Positions 28,415-42,579 of a stretch of DNA of 64,000 nt are shown piece after piece. The notes under the pieces were generated by a model that saw only the letters and a program-made list of their open reading frames with translations, searched no databases and was not told where the DNA came from. Each line of letters begins with the position of its first letter. Position 1 is the first letter of the stretch. The stretch lies in the NCBI RefSeq assembly GCF_006345805.1, contig NC_043007.1:6386001-6450000 (forward strand), written 5' to 3'. Both the position numbers and the translations under genes were made by a program. This stretch comes from Octopus sinensis. Its lineage: Eukaryota.

Positions 28415-28483
<69 letters not shown>

Positions 28484-28593
28484 TGTATCTATACATTTAT
28501 ACATACTTATAAGATATAAGAGTGTGTGTATATATAAAATACACAGTGACATATATGTATACAGACACACGCACACACAGATTATGTGTACTT

Positions 28594-28692
<99 letters not shown>

Positions 28693-28874
28693 ATATATAT
28701 ATAGGGAAAGAGATAGGATGAACACACATTTGTTTTACAGGTTTTACGAGTATATTATAGCCATGCTAATAAATATATACAATTTTGTACAAAATAGGGT
28801 TTTCTCTTTCAATATAATTGAAGCAAGGACAGGCCTTGCATTGCTCTTCAAACATAGGTACAATAAATAAATAA

Positions 28875-29300
<426 letters not shown>

Positions 29301-29306
29301 TATATA

Positions 29307-29538
29307 CATGGTTGACCAATAGTCACCCGACGGTAAAATCAAAATTCCAGAAATACTTAATATTCAATTTTATCTATTGATTTGGAAAAACGGTTTCTCT
29401 CGAGAAGGTCTTCAGTTTGAACAATTTTCATGACGTTTCGTATTTCGAAGCTTTTATTAAATTCTTTCACTTGTTAAACACAAATTTTGGAATCAAATGC
29501 GTATTATATACCGTCAGGTAACTTTTTGGCCAACCATG
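29307..29538. mobile_element. MITE (Tc1/mariner-type)
   Basis: ~29-bp TIRs CATGGTTGACCAATAGTCACCCGACGGTA / TACCGTCAGGTAACTTTTTGGCCAACCATG; no coding capacity. Confidence 0.75.
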
Positions 29539-29704
29539 TGCGTGTATGTATATATGTATGTATGTATGTGTGTATGTATGTGTGTATGTATGTATGTATG
29601 TATGTATGAATGGACAAAGAAAAGCGCAATTATTCATTATCACAGAATTTGTTCAAGCGAATAATGAAATATAAAAATTTGTTCATATAAATACACACAC
29701 ACAC

Positions 29705-29793
<89 letters not shown>

Positions 29794-29951
29794 TTTATTA
29801 TTAACGCTGCAAAAATATCACAAATATATCACAGAAAACTGGTATTTAGTTTCACGTTCCTGTTCGTCGAAAAGTTTTGAATCGAAACTGACAAAGAATT
29901 TTTATTAATCACGACAATTGTTTCGATACATCTAGCATCAATCCCTCACGT

Positions 29952-30339
29952 GGGCACAGGCATGGCTACGTGATAAAAAAGCTTGCTTCCCAACCACGTA
30001 GTTCTCTGTTCAGTTCCAATGCGTTGTACCTTGGCAAGTGTCTTGTTCTATGACCTCCGGCCGACCAAAGACTTGTGAGTGGATTTGGTAGACGGAAACT
30101 GAAAGAAGCCTCTCATATATATATATGTATCTGTATGTATGTATGCATGTATGTATGTGTTTTTGTCCCCCAACATAGCTTGACAACCGATGTTGGTGTG
30201 TTTATATCACCGTAACTGTCCTAAGAGACTCATAGAATAAGTACTAGACTTACAAAGAATAATCCCTGGGGTCGGTCCGTTTGACTAAAACTTGCTTCTG
30301 CATTGTCGCACTCAAATGACTCAGAGAAGCAAAAGAATA
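29952..30339 (+). mobile_element. SINE family A copy
   Basis: Homologous to 6975-7377. Confidence 0.8.
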
Positions 30340-30344
30340 ACAAA

Positions 30345-31254
30345 ATATAAACGATGCCGGGTTTTTTTTTACCTTTTATATTTCAATATTTAGATGAACA
30401 AATCCTTTTTTTTTAAATCTAAAATATACTCTCCATTTTTGTCAATGCTCTTTTATTTATCTGGTAGATTTGCAAGGCCCCTCTGCCAAAATTCACTTGA
30501 CCGTGACGAAAAATACTCCTCCTCTACTGTTCTGACTGTGTCTAAATAATTAATTCTTCTGTCGAAATAATTCTGAAGACTGTGGAATAAACGAGCATCA
30601 AATGGGGTAATGACCTGCGAATATGGTGGCTAGGGCATTGTTTCCCATTTGAACTGCTCCAGGCTTTTGAATGTCATCCACGTTATATATGGCTAAGTAT
30701 TATCCTGATGGTAGAACGCCTTTTGTCTTGAAATCAAAGATGATCGTTTTCCTTCTAGCATTGACTTGAATGACTGATTGAATGAACGAATCCAAGTTTC
30801 TCTGCTAATTACTCAACCGTTACGATGAGATTTAGCTCCTCTAAGGTTTGCAGGACGTCTTCATCGAGCTCTGCAGATCTTCCAGGACGGGGTTTGTCTT
30901 CAAGGATGTTGTTTCGACCTCGGAATTTCTGGACCCACCGTTGATACTGGCTTATGCTTATGGTCCGATCCCCATTTACTGCATTAATATTCCTCGCACT
31001 TTCCGGTGCCTTGTTACATTTATTGTACTCAAAAAATAAAAGATACCAAATATGTTCCTTTGTCACCTCCATTATAGCTTTGGAAAAATAACTGTAAAAA
31101 TCGAACTACCCTCTTCAAAATTTACACTATGAATAACTACAATGTAAAATTAATACTTCCTTTTATAGCAATTTGATGCAGGTAGTTTACCCCGACCCCT
31201 TCGACTATTAGTTCATGCAGTTGAAAAAACTGCATTATGTATGGGATGAGCCAA
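30345..31254 (-). mobile_element. Decayed mariner (Mos1/Hsmar-like) transposon
   Basis: MEVTKEHIWYLLFFEYNK..ARNINAVNG..YQRWVQKFR..LEDKPRPGRS; TIR remnants near 31223-31254 and 30345-30370. Confidence 0.8.
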
Positions 31255-32003
31255 TCTCTATACATAAATGTGTAATGATGTCTGTCTGTGTGTGATTGGG
31301 GTTACTCTAACTCCTCTCACACCGTCCAACCGATTTTAACAGTTTTGCCACATGGGTAGATCACATGCCCTGAAGTTGAAATAAGGCCAGAATTTTTCGA
31401 AAACTCGATAATGCTCAGTTGGAATCGATTTATGTGACCTGAATCGGGCGTCTGAATGGAAATTCGCATAACGATGTTATTTTTCCAACAGCTTTTGCAT
31501 GTTTTGTCCGATTTGGATAAAAATCGATGTGTGAGGCAGGCTCATAGCAGTGAGTTGATGTCAGTAAATGGCGTTGACAAAATAAAAACATTAATTGTGC
31601 TCAGGCACAATAATCGACATAGGGATTTTATTTTTGGCCGTCACTTTTATATTTTCATGTAAATGGTCACATTTATTTTATGACATAAATTTAACACGTT
31701 TCTTCGGATTTTGTTGAGATTGTGGAGGCTGATCAATTTTGTACAGTGAGTGCCATTAAGGGGAGAGAAATAAACATCACTCTCAACGGGTCCAGGTTCA
31801 CCCAAAAGTTTGACTACGATTTCAGACGGTCCAGTATACAAGAGTATGTCAAAAGCGTTAACCGGGTAAAATCCCTGCCGAACCAGATATGAATATATTA
31901 ATGGGTAATAGTTGGCACGAGGAACGTAGATTTCAATACAAGTTCAGAGGTGGACTTAAACTTCAACACGGAAAACACGAGCAACGCCGAGTCCAACAAC
32001 TAC
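31255..32003 (+). mobile_element. Longer Helitron-like element sharing termini with 33944-34331
   Basis: 5' TCTCTATACATAAA..gtctgtctgtgtg..aaccgatt; 3' acgagcaacgccgagt..CTAC then T; inserted at A|T in the tip of the mariner TIR. Confidence 0.6.
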
Positions 32004-33088
32004 TATATCATATTCTTACATATACATATATGTGTGGTCGTGTGTTTAGAAATAATATAACGACGAATATAATGAATAAAGATGGAGAAAGGGGAGTAAA
32101 TTCTCGAAAGATGCCAGAAGGAATCCGCTATCTTCTATTTTGGGATAAATGCATACACAAATTTTATTAGTACAATATATGGAAAACTAACAAAATAATT
32201 GTTTCGTTAAAATAACGATGTAACTTTTGAATGCTGATTTAACCAAAAATAACAAAACAGTTTTGAGAATTTTGTTAAATTTGTTGTGCGACTTTTATAG
32301 TGCAGAATGTTATTGAAGATTTGTTATTAATCAGGTTATAACTATTGAATGAGTTTGAGTAGACACGTTGTGAATAGAAATAAATAGTGGAGGAGATGCG
32401 TAAGAAAAAATTACAAAGTACCTGAGGTGATATTTCGATAGGTATGTATCAAATTCAAAATCTACGTAGCTTTTATATTTTAGCAAATGAACTGCTAAAA
32501 CCAATGAGAAAATATATATGTAAATAATATCATCGGAAATTAATATGTGACTGGAATACACAAATGTGTTGGATGTAGAATCAAACTTGAAAAGCTTATT
32601 TCAAACTAGAATTGCACAGGATTCTGATAGTACAATCTAAATTGGAACAACCATCGAAGAACGATATAATACTGAAGGAAATAATGACTGAGTTTCTCAA
32701 TTCTTTTCTACATAATACGAATTATTACAGTTATTCTGCAAGAATATCTGCACAGCAATACAAAATAGTTTTTCCTACTAAAGGCACAATGCCCGAAATT
32801 TATCTCAGTGGTGAAATTTATTTCATCGATATCAACAGTATGGAAAGCAAAGTCAGCTTGCGTGGCGTTTGAACACAGAACGTAAAAACAGACAAAACGC
32901 AAAAGGGAACTTACTAAGAATAATATTGCTTTTACAGCAGATGATAGGTTTAGTTTAAGGCCAACGAGATGTGCATTGCGACACACTTTATATGCACGGA
33001 AGCATGCATATCTATCTCTCTCTCTCTCCTCTCTCTCTCTCTTCTCTATCTATCTATCTATCTATATCTATCTATCTCTCCTCTCTCT

Positions 33089-33172
<84 letters not shown>

Positions 33173-33174
33173 TG

Positions 33175-33315
33175 TCTACTTATTTCTGTGTTCCTTTCTG
33201 TCGAAGAGCGTAGGCTCGAAACGTAAAAGACTTTCACTTCCCAAGTTTTAAAATTATGCAACTGCTTGTTGTTTACACACCCGTCTTCGTTATTTTTTTT
33301 GTAAATTCCAACTAT
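33175..33315 (+). mobile_element. Penelope pLTR-like short repeat, family 1
   Basis: ttctgtgttcctttctgtcgaagagcgtaggctcgaaacgtaaaagactttc...tttgtaaattccaactatata; five copies in the window. Confidence 0.65.
33194..33229 (+). ncRNA. Minimal type I hammerhead variant (core CUGUCGA plus extra A), best copy of family 1
   Basis: CUUU CUGUCGA A GAGC GUAG GCUC GAAA C GUA AAAG. Stem I CUUU/AAAG, stem II GAGC/GCUC, palindromic stem III ACGU, GUA site. Confidence 0.7.
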
Positions 33316-33943
33316 ATATATATATATATATTGTATCGGGTTTGGTTCACATGTGATGTAAACGATTAGGTACGCTATGTAAGTGCCGTAACGGATTACC
33401 AAAGCTCCAAAGTTATATCCGAGACGGTAGTTACAGAGCGATTTTAGATTTCCGATATAACGAATATACAAGTGTTAAAGTGGACAACAAACGTTAAGTC
33501 AAGACCAAGATTTCAAGTGATATACGTTATTAATATTGGAAAAATTCAAAGTCTTACAGCTGTTTCTGTGATTTCCTAGAGTATGGGATATTCCGTCATC
33601 GAAGACAAATAGGAAAAATGAGAATGGTATAGATTAATGAAATGACGACACAGAAGACATGAAAAAAGGAATTAGGAGATGAAGAAACAGAAGAAAGAAG
33701 CATAAAAGTTTAGAGTTCAAACCCCTAATCATGTAGAAATAAGTCCATAAGTCCTTAGGTGCAATCCTGTGTAAACTCTTAAAGGTTAATGTCCTAACAG
33801 TGTAAATATCAGAAATAGATGCAAACGTATCACCATTCAAAAACAGAATGGTAGTGGAGGTGGATATTAATTGGTAAAAAGATAGAGTGGTAGTGAGAGT
33901 AAGGGTGGAAATTAAGGAACGATATTAAGGATAAAATTAGTTA

Positions 33944-34331
33944 TCTCTCTCTATATAAACGGCAGTTTGTCTGTGTGTGTGTGTCTGTGTGTCCGTCAGG
34001 TTGTACTCTCACCCTGACCACGGCTTTCAACCGATTCTGATGAAACTTGATACACACATAGCCCAATGTCATAATTCAAAACTAACGCAGCGAAAATTTT
34101 GAAAAGTTCCCCCAGTTCTGAAAAAAATCGATAAATTCGACATGGGGTCGAGAATCAGAAACACAAACCACAGACTGTCTAGGGGACGCAACTCGACCTT
34201 TTTAACTCTCCCCCAAAAAATTTACCATAATTTTATTTCCATTTTTTTGCTATTTTTTGGCTATAACTGTCTAAAAATGCTTTATAGTTATTTCCCTTAC
34301 AAACCCGAGCAACGCCGGGTGATACTGCTAG
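33944..34331 (+). mobile_element. Non-autonomous Helitron
   Basis: 5' TC end, subterminal hairpin CCCGAGCAACGCCGGG, 3' CTAG end, inserted at an A|T site with no TSD. Confidence 0.85.
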
Positions 34332-35840
34332 TATAAGAATATACTGTATAAGAATATAGTGTACAAAGCTAAGCAAGGTAAACAAAATATATAAAAGTAA
34401 ATAAGGAGAGATGAGGAGGAGGTAAATGAAGATAACGGAAAAAAACAAAAAGTAAAGTGAAAGGAATTCAAAGAGAATAGTAGGTGTCAGTGGTATCCTT
34501 CTAGTGTGTAGGGGTTGGACAGGAGATGTAGTAGCAATTGCTTGTTATCGCTTTATGGCTAAAATCAGTGGCTGTAGAAATAAGCTTTGCAAAGAGGATC
34601 CGAGTGTGTAGGTAGTTGTGGATGAAGAAACCAGCTGAATGTTAAATTATTTAGGAATAAGAGTTAGAATTAAATATTAGTGGATTTATTAGGCTAAGGT
34701 TTTAAAATATATTAAGATTTTCGGCCTTCTGGATTTTGTGTGGTATATATAGCCTTGTATTGGATGGGGCGCCAATCCTTCATACGCCATTTTTGTTTTC
34801 GTTTTATTCTTTTGCAAGCTTGGTGCAAAGAAACAGCTTGAAATAAAATGTTCCCTTTAATATCACAACGATTCAAGCGGTACAGGCATCGAAACCACAA
34901 TTTTCCGATTCACGGTACAACACCCTGACCACTAAGTCACTAATTTACATATACGTACACAAACACAATTACGTACAAACACAATTACGCACGCACACTC
35001 GCGCGCACACACACTCTCAAACACACATATGTATTTATACCTATGTGAGTATATATGTATGCATATATGTACGTATGTATATTTAAGTTTACATGTATGT
35101 ATATAAATATATGTGTGTGTGTGTTCATACCTCTGAGTTCTATAAATTGACTGGTGAGAGAAAACTGGCCTTCTGGTTAGCGGAGATGTATTTCTAAAGT
35201 AGACAATAGATTGCCTTGTGGCAATCATATTTTATCAAGTGTCTATAAAATGTCATTAATAAGAATTTGGGTGAAACAAGGTGAGTTAATAGGAAAGACA
35301 TTTCTCAGGTAATAGACAGTCAGAATTCGCTTATATACACCTGCTTGTTAAATATTGATATATTATTGTGTGACAATGCTCTGAATTTATTGGGAAGTTT
35401 ACTGAAAAGATGTGGCATTCGTGCCTTTCTTCTTTTCATTGCCGGCGGTGATTTTGATGTATCGTATAATACGGAAAATTGAATATTTATATTGAAATGT
35501 GAAGGCTATATCTCTAATGATTCATTTCATTCGAATGACAAGTAAATTTTCATTCGAATGACAAGTAAATTTTTGATGTAAAATCAGATCGATAGCGTAT
35601 TGGTAGCGGAATCAACCAAAACGGATTAAAATAAAAGGCAAAACGTACATACGTCGTAAGGTATGTAAAGCTAAGTAAGTTGTACCATCTGTTGAACAGT
35701 TGGCCATTTAGAAAAATCTAAAGCAATTGTGCGCGCGCGTGTGTACGCCTGTTTTAGTGTGAATGAGCGTACATGTATACATACTTAAATATATACAAAT
35801 ATATGTGTGTATGTTTGTGTGTGTGTGTGTGTGTGTGTGT

Positions 35841-36151
35841 GGAGGCGCAATGGCCCAGTGGTTAGGGCAGCGGACTCGCAGTCGTGGGATCGTGGTTTCG
35901 ATTCCCAGACCGGGCGTTGTGAGTGTTTATTGAGCGAAAACATCCAAAGCTCCACGATGCTCCGGCAGGGGGTGGTGGCGATCCCTGCTGTATTCTTTCG
36001 CCACAAGTTATTCTCACTCTTTCTTCTGTTGGCCTGCTCGCTTAGCCAGCGGGGTGGCGTCATTTGAAGGCTAAAATAATTTGAAGCGCATTGTGACCAG
36101 CGATATGTAACCACATCTGATAGTCTGGTCAGTCACGGTGATCACGGTGAT
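35841..36151 (+). mobile_element. SINE family B head with a different 3' tail
   Basis: First ~180 bp match 24690; the tail is unrelated. Confidence 0.8.
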
Positions 36152-36324
36152 ATATATATATGTGTGTGTGCATTTTCACTAAAGCTTACTTGAGGTCTGT
36201 TGCACTGCCTTTAGATCTCGCATGTTAAACGGTGGTACTCTTGTACTTACGATACTGAGTTTTGACTTTGTTCGCTCTAGCTTTCGTTCCTGTGTTACAG
36301 AAAAAACATAGCCTCTCCACTGTC

Positions 36325-37385
36325 AGTATGTACCAAGGAAGTACAAAGATCAGTGATCCGGTTTCTCTTGTCTTAATGTGTGTCAAGGGCTGAAATTCCA
36401 CGCAGGCTTTCAGTACAATAATTGCGCGTAGAAGTCTCTATGATTGCATAGTGAAATTTAAAAATCCCCAGATGGGCTGAAGCACGATATAGGATCAGTT
36501 TTCTCGTCAGCTTCCAACACTAACGTGAAGATTCATGAGCCACGCCTGATGGTTCTGGAGAACTAACGAGTAGCCATCGATGAGGTGTCATGCTCTCTAC
36601 TAACTAATCATGGCTCTGCATACGAAATGAGCCACCAGAAGCTTGGCTTCTGTAAAGTATGTTTGCAATTGGTGCCAAAGGTGCTTAACGAAGCGCATAA
36701 GCGCAATCGTGTGGAGATATGTCAACACTTCATGCATCTTCTACAATGCAGAGGGCGAAGATTTTTGGAAAAAATAGTCACAAATGAAGAGACATAGGGG
36801 TCTATCAGTTTGAAATAGAATTCAAAAAGCAGAATATAGAATGGTAACACCTGGAATCGCCAGCGAAAAAGAACTTCCAGACTCGATCTGCCACAGAAAA
36901 ATAAACTAGCCGTTATGTGAAACACAAAGGGACGTACACTGGAACATTACCTGCAAAAGGGGTCAACATTCACTAGTGTAGGCTGCTGTAAAATCCTGGG
37001 CAGCAAATTTAAATCAGTAATGTGCACAAACCATCGCGGTGTATTATCCAAGCACGACAATGCACGCCCGCATACGGCCACTCAAACTGTTGAACCCATG
37101 GCAAAATTGGGCGTTTCGAACCTCCCAGCCTATAGTCCAGATTTTTCTCCTTCCCACTATTATCTCTTTGATCTGCTCAAACATTCTTTACGGGGTCATC
37201 GATTTGCTACGTGCGAAGAATTGCAGGAAGTGATACATATAAATTCTTCTTCTTGAAAATCGCTGGAAGATGTGCATCTGAAAGCAAGGAGACTATATCG
37301 AAAGATGAGGTAATTGCTAGGTGCCAACGTTTGCATTAATAAATTATAGAAACACGATTACGTACAATTTTGACTTACTCTAGCA
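36325..37385 (+). mobile_element. Near full-length decayed mariner transposase
   Basis: CTKEVQRSVIRFL, KLGFCKVCLQLVPKVL (WVPHEL-like), KIVTNEET, HDNARPH and PAYSPDFSPSHYYLF (YSPDLAP-like); many stops and frameshifts. Confidence 0.85.
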
Positions 37386-37386
37386 G

Positions 37387-37434
<48 letters not shown>

Positions 37435-37494
37435 GCACAAATACATAGATACATACATACATACAAACATATATATACATACACGCACACACAC

Positions 37495-37555
<61 letters not shown>

Positions 37556-38209
37556 ATATATATACATGCCATCTATAAGCTATTACATCTGAAACAAAAT
37601 TAGGTTTTATGTAAAAGAGGATGAAAATGATTTTTCAGCCACAACTCATTCAGAAAGTGAAGCGTTCACCAATGTGGTGCTTCATATTTTCTACTTCTTT
37701 TGATTATATTGAGTGTAATGTGTTGAGAATCTGCTGGAAATGCCACGAAAGAAAAAAAATCTCAATTGAAGAATAACACCTCAAAAGTGTCAAAATTCCA
37801 TCAGATGTTTTGTGAAAAACTGCAAATTTATTTTGACAGAAGGAACACATTTGTTGTTTAAATATCATTCGTTAATGAGTTATTAATAAAAAGTATTTTC
37901 AAACCATATCGCCTTATGCTGCATTTCATATTTAACAATTTAAGTTTGTAAGCCACATTTATGAAACACTATATGTATGGCTAAATACATACAGATATAT
38001 CCTTGAATCTAGGTTAGAAACCTGTTCTTTCACTAGAAATAAAAGTGAATAATCTCACACACACACATATATATGAGAAAGAGAGATGACAAAAGAATAA
38101 AAATTTATTTATACGTACTCATCATAAGATAATCATTTTGTTCCTTTGTCATGTGGTTGAGAAGCAATCTTCTTATCATAGAGCCATGCCTGCTCCTATT
38201 AATATCCCT

Positions 38210-38301
<92 letters not shown>

Positions 38302-38317
38302 TTATCTGTCTATCTAC

Positions 38318-38347
<30 letters not shown>

Positions 38348-38350
<3 letters not shown>

Positions 38351-38790
38351 GGTACTACCCATCCTCGGCAGACAGGGAGCAAAATAAATGTTAAACTGTC
38401 CGCCAAACATGGACTTTAGGGCCCGTGGCTCGTGGAGTCTGGTCTCGCTTATGGATATGATTTCCAAATCGTGTGACGTGATGTCATTTAGGTATCCTTG
38501 TTTCCAAGGAGACCCCAAGCCACGCGCATTCACACAACCAATCGTGACCATGATTCTATTGGGGTGTGTGCTTTAAAACACAAAAAGGAAGGTACAGAGA
38601 GTTACTTACTTGTGTCGAAGGTTTTGGCTTCCTCGTTCTTTGATGTGTCTTGGAGGAGGTTTTTATAGAGTTTTTGTGAGAGGTATTTTTGGAACCCCCC
38701 AACAGCATTTGGAAAGGGGGCTTTGAGTGTGTGGTGTTGTGTTTGTGTGATGTTTAGTATTTTGATGTGTCTGTATTCTATCTGTTTACT
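38348..38790 (-). mobile_element. Tx1/L1-clade LINE, start of ORF2 APE endonuclease
   Basis: MVTIGCVNARGLGSPWKQGYLNDITSHDLEIISISETRL carries the APE N-terminal NxRGL and SET motifs; truncated at (TCTA)n. Confidence 0.75.
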
Positions 38791-39525
38791 TTCATATCCA
38801 TACGCTTACATACATGTGCATATACCGATACATATATACAGCTACTTGTTGGACGATCTCCATTAATGTAGAAATTGAGAAGAACGTAACGGAGAGCATC
38901 CAAAGTATCAAGGTAACTATAGATTACCCCACTAGGCACCCCAACAACAGGTTCCCCGTCATTGTGGGGTTAAAATTTTCATCAATTATTTCAGCAATCT
39001 CAGGTTGCTTAATACACCCACTTAAAATTATCGATTCTAAACGTTGCAACATCGTCTGCTAATACATGTAACATGTAATTATCTTAACTTCTGAACTTAA
39101 AATTTTCGGTTCTAACCGTTGCAATCGATATTTGATTCTCACGATCAGTGGAACTATGCCCATGAAACGCGGTCGTCAAATTCTCTCTAAATAATTTTTG
39201 TTTACTTTTCAAATTTTTATGCTCTTGTTTCATAATATTCCTTTAGTATTTATTAGATGTAGGTGTCAAACATATAATTAACATTTATTTAGTATCCCTT
39301 CTTGATATTTCCATTGATTATATATTTGCAGCTTTCCACCCATCTGACCAAACGATTGACATTTTACGATACCACACGTATTTATTTGTATTATTGTTTC
39401 GTGAATGAATTTGCTTACGCCTTCTATTATCTGTCTTTATTTCATTTTTCGTCTGAAAGAAATTAGACATAGCAATGGGTACTGGGAATATCCTTGCTCC
39501 TGGGTATTACCGGGTACCCTAGCTA

Positions 39526-39594
<69 letters not shown>

Positions 39595-39819
39595 CTAATT
39601 CAAATATTCTTTAAATAGGAATATATTTCTGTTTCTCTGAGAATAGATCATGTCATTGTGCACCCTTAACCCATGAAATCTGACATTCAATTCATTTATA
39701 TTAAGTATTTACAACGAAACGTAAAAGAGAATCCTCAAATCTATTTACGGATATCGCGAGAAATAACATAATTTTCTTAGATATAATTCGTCAGAGCTTG
39801 ATATAATAACACTACTTAC

Positions 39820-39894
39820 CTATAGTATTAAGTTTCAGTCGGATTTCAGGCGTCATTTGAATGTGTACATCGAAGCTATGTTTTGATTTATAGC
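39820..39894 (-). CDS. Candidate 75-nt coding exon of an unidentified gene
   Basis: Acceptor gatttttcag and perfect donor AG|GTAAGT; open phase 1-1 frame reads (G)YKSKHSFDVHIQMTPEIRLKLNTI. No family recognised. Confidence 0.35.
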
Positions 39895-40403
39895 CTGAAA
39901 AATCGTTGTACGAGGAAAAATATAATTATCCTGTATATATTAAAATACGAAATTTTGTCTGCGATCCCCGTTAAGAATATCGGTTTTATTGGTTCAAAGA
40001 TATTCTGATGTAATCGTAAAATCATTTAAAGTAATGTCCAACGAATACGAAAACTTCTTTAGCCGTTGTGCAATATTTTGTCTGACCAGTTAGCATCTGC
40101 ATTATTAAATCGAAAACTAAGTTCTTTGATCGACAATATTTGGAATAATAAATAATGATATTAACAAAGGAATGACATTATCAACTCCTCTGTTATTCCT
40201 TATAATAAATCTTAATTATATATCTGACACATTAAACTAATAAATACAATATATTATTTAATACTTACACAGCGACACTCTCACACACATATTTATATAT
40301 ATATATTATATATATATATATAAATGTATGTATTTTTATATATGGATATATATGTACATTTATATATGTGTATATAAATATATACACACACACATTTATA
40401 TAC

Positions 40404-40483
<80 letters not shown>

Positions 40484-40821
40484 ATATATAATATATATAT
40501 ATATATCAACTCAGTGCGTTTTTTGCAGTGACAACTTCTTTTATTCCCCTAACAAAGTCATACTAAATCAGGTTCTAACAGACTTGTCCTCTCAGTTTTC
40601 TTACACGTAGCAGACAATATCGAGATCAGAATCAGATGCTGAATTCCATAAAAGACTCGAATATTTCTGGAGATTTGTACATATATGGATATATACATCC
40701 GTCCTGAATCACTCAAAAATACACATAGATGAATAGACACACACAAAGAATTATATACGTATATATACATGTATGTATGTACCTAATTATGTAGCTATGC
40801 ACGTATGTAGCCATGTATGTA

Positions 40822-40879
<58 letters not shown>

Positions 40880-42579
40880 ATATATATTTGTATATACATG
40901 CATATTTATCTATATACGTTATATATATATATATATACGCACACACATACACACACACGTATGTATCGATGTGTATGTAAGTGTGCTGGAGTAGATATAT
41001 TTGTGTCAGAGAGAGAGAGACAGAGAGAGAGAGCCTGTCAATATTCGTGAATGTGCGTGTGTGATTAGAGATCGTAATGTGTATCTAGAAAATATTAATG
41101 TTAGAATGGTTGAAAGAGAATTAGTTGGAATGTTCCAGTATATTCCGTCTGATTTCAATAAGCGATAACGGAGAATCAGTTACATATTTTATGACAACAA
41201 AACAAGAAATCCTATTATGTTTAATATTAATCCGCATTCAGCTTTCGAGAAAATCTATGAATATTAATAAAGACCGGAGAATGCTTGTCTCATGCGAAAT
41301 CCATATCGTTAATCACAGAAGATTTATTCCTTTACCAATTTAGATACAATTCATTTGCCTGTAATATTTTAATTGTTTCGTGAACATTCATTGAAAGAAA
41401 GGGTCTGAATGGCTGAATAATTATCTTGCGCGTTATTTCTTTCTTAGTTCAAACCCCATGCTGCCTTGACTTGCCTTTCAGTCTGAACAAAGACGATAAA
41501 ATTAGCAGCCGTTATCTTGGTTCACAAGCCTGTCAATGGATCCTCTCGCGATTCCTCGTCCTTTTAATAACACTAGCTTTGAATATACATGGAAGCTTGG
41601 CAACTTATCACCTTAAATGGTAGAGTAGACATTGATAATTGGGTCCTTCACATACAGAATCCGACAAAAAAAAAGTATTCCATACATGACCGTTTCTAGG
41701 ATAGAAAGGTAATACAATACTTCCACATCCCATCAGAATAAAGAAGGAGCAGGCAAAGGTTAGCCTGGATATCAACTGCAGTAAAGAACAACAAAATATT
41801 TGTGGCTGAAACACATATATGTCTTACACTGTCGTATGGCGAAATGCTTCGATAAAATAGGGTGCTCATTGCAAATAAAGGAGTGGCAGGACTTTGGATA
41901 AGCTATTGTCCTTTGAGAAAAACACACAGGCAAACGAATCTTCGATTTATTGGCCAGTGATGATACGTCTTCCTATTTATATATTATCTTACATTGAGTA
42001 ATAGAATTCACGAATATATTGACAGACATAGTTCTGTACTAAAGGGTAGTAAGTGGCAGAAATGGCAAGTTGAAGTGTAACGACGAGCTACCAATAAACA
42101 AAGCAATAATTCGAAGGCTACAATCTGAAGAAAATTTCGTAGCTGCCGGAACTGATGACTTCAGAGCTGGTTATTCTTAAGCATTTGACGTAAATTTATA
42201 TATGAGTAAATATATGAGTAAATTTATATGAAATTTATGGGATTCATGAAAAATTGCATATCATAATGGAAATGGATTAACATGGGGCTAAGTCAAAAGG
42301 ATTTCGAATAATCAGTTGGAAGCATGATTAGATTAAAACCATTATTTTAACTTCGAAGTATGTATATCTTCCTTTAACCTTCAACACTGCTATGCATGTT
42401 TTCAAAAAGAAGTCACATATTCTTACTGTGAGATGATGTTTCTGATGTACTTTCCAAATAAGGAAATATGGAAAGGATGATTATGATAATAGTAATGGGT
42501 GAAACTTTTTCTTTCCATATGCAATATAAGCCGTGTTATAGAAATGGTATTGGAAGTGTACGCATATACACATGTACAT

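Noticed and set aside
29385-29450. CUGAAGA...GAAAC motif on the minus strand
   Set aside because: Stem II cannot close properly and it lies inside a TIR-bounded MITE; probably chance or a heavily decayed relic.
35528-35574. 23-bp exact tandem duplication (cattcgaatgacaagtaaatttt)
   Set aside because: A simple local slippage duplication with no further context.
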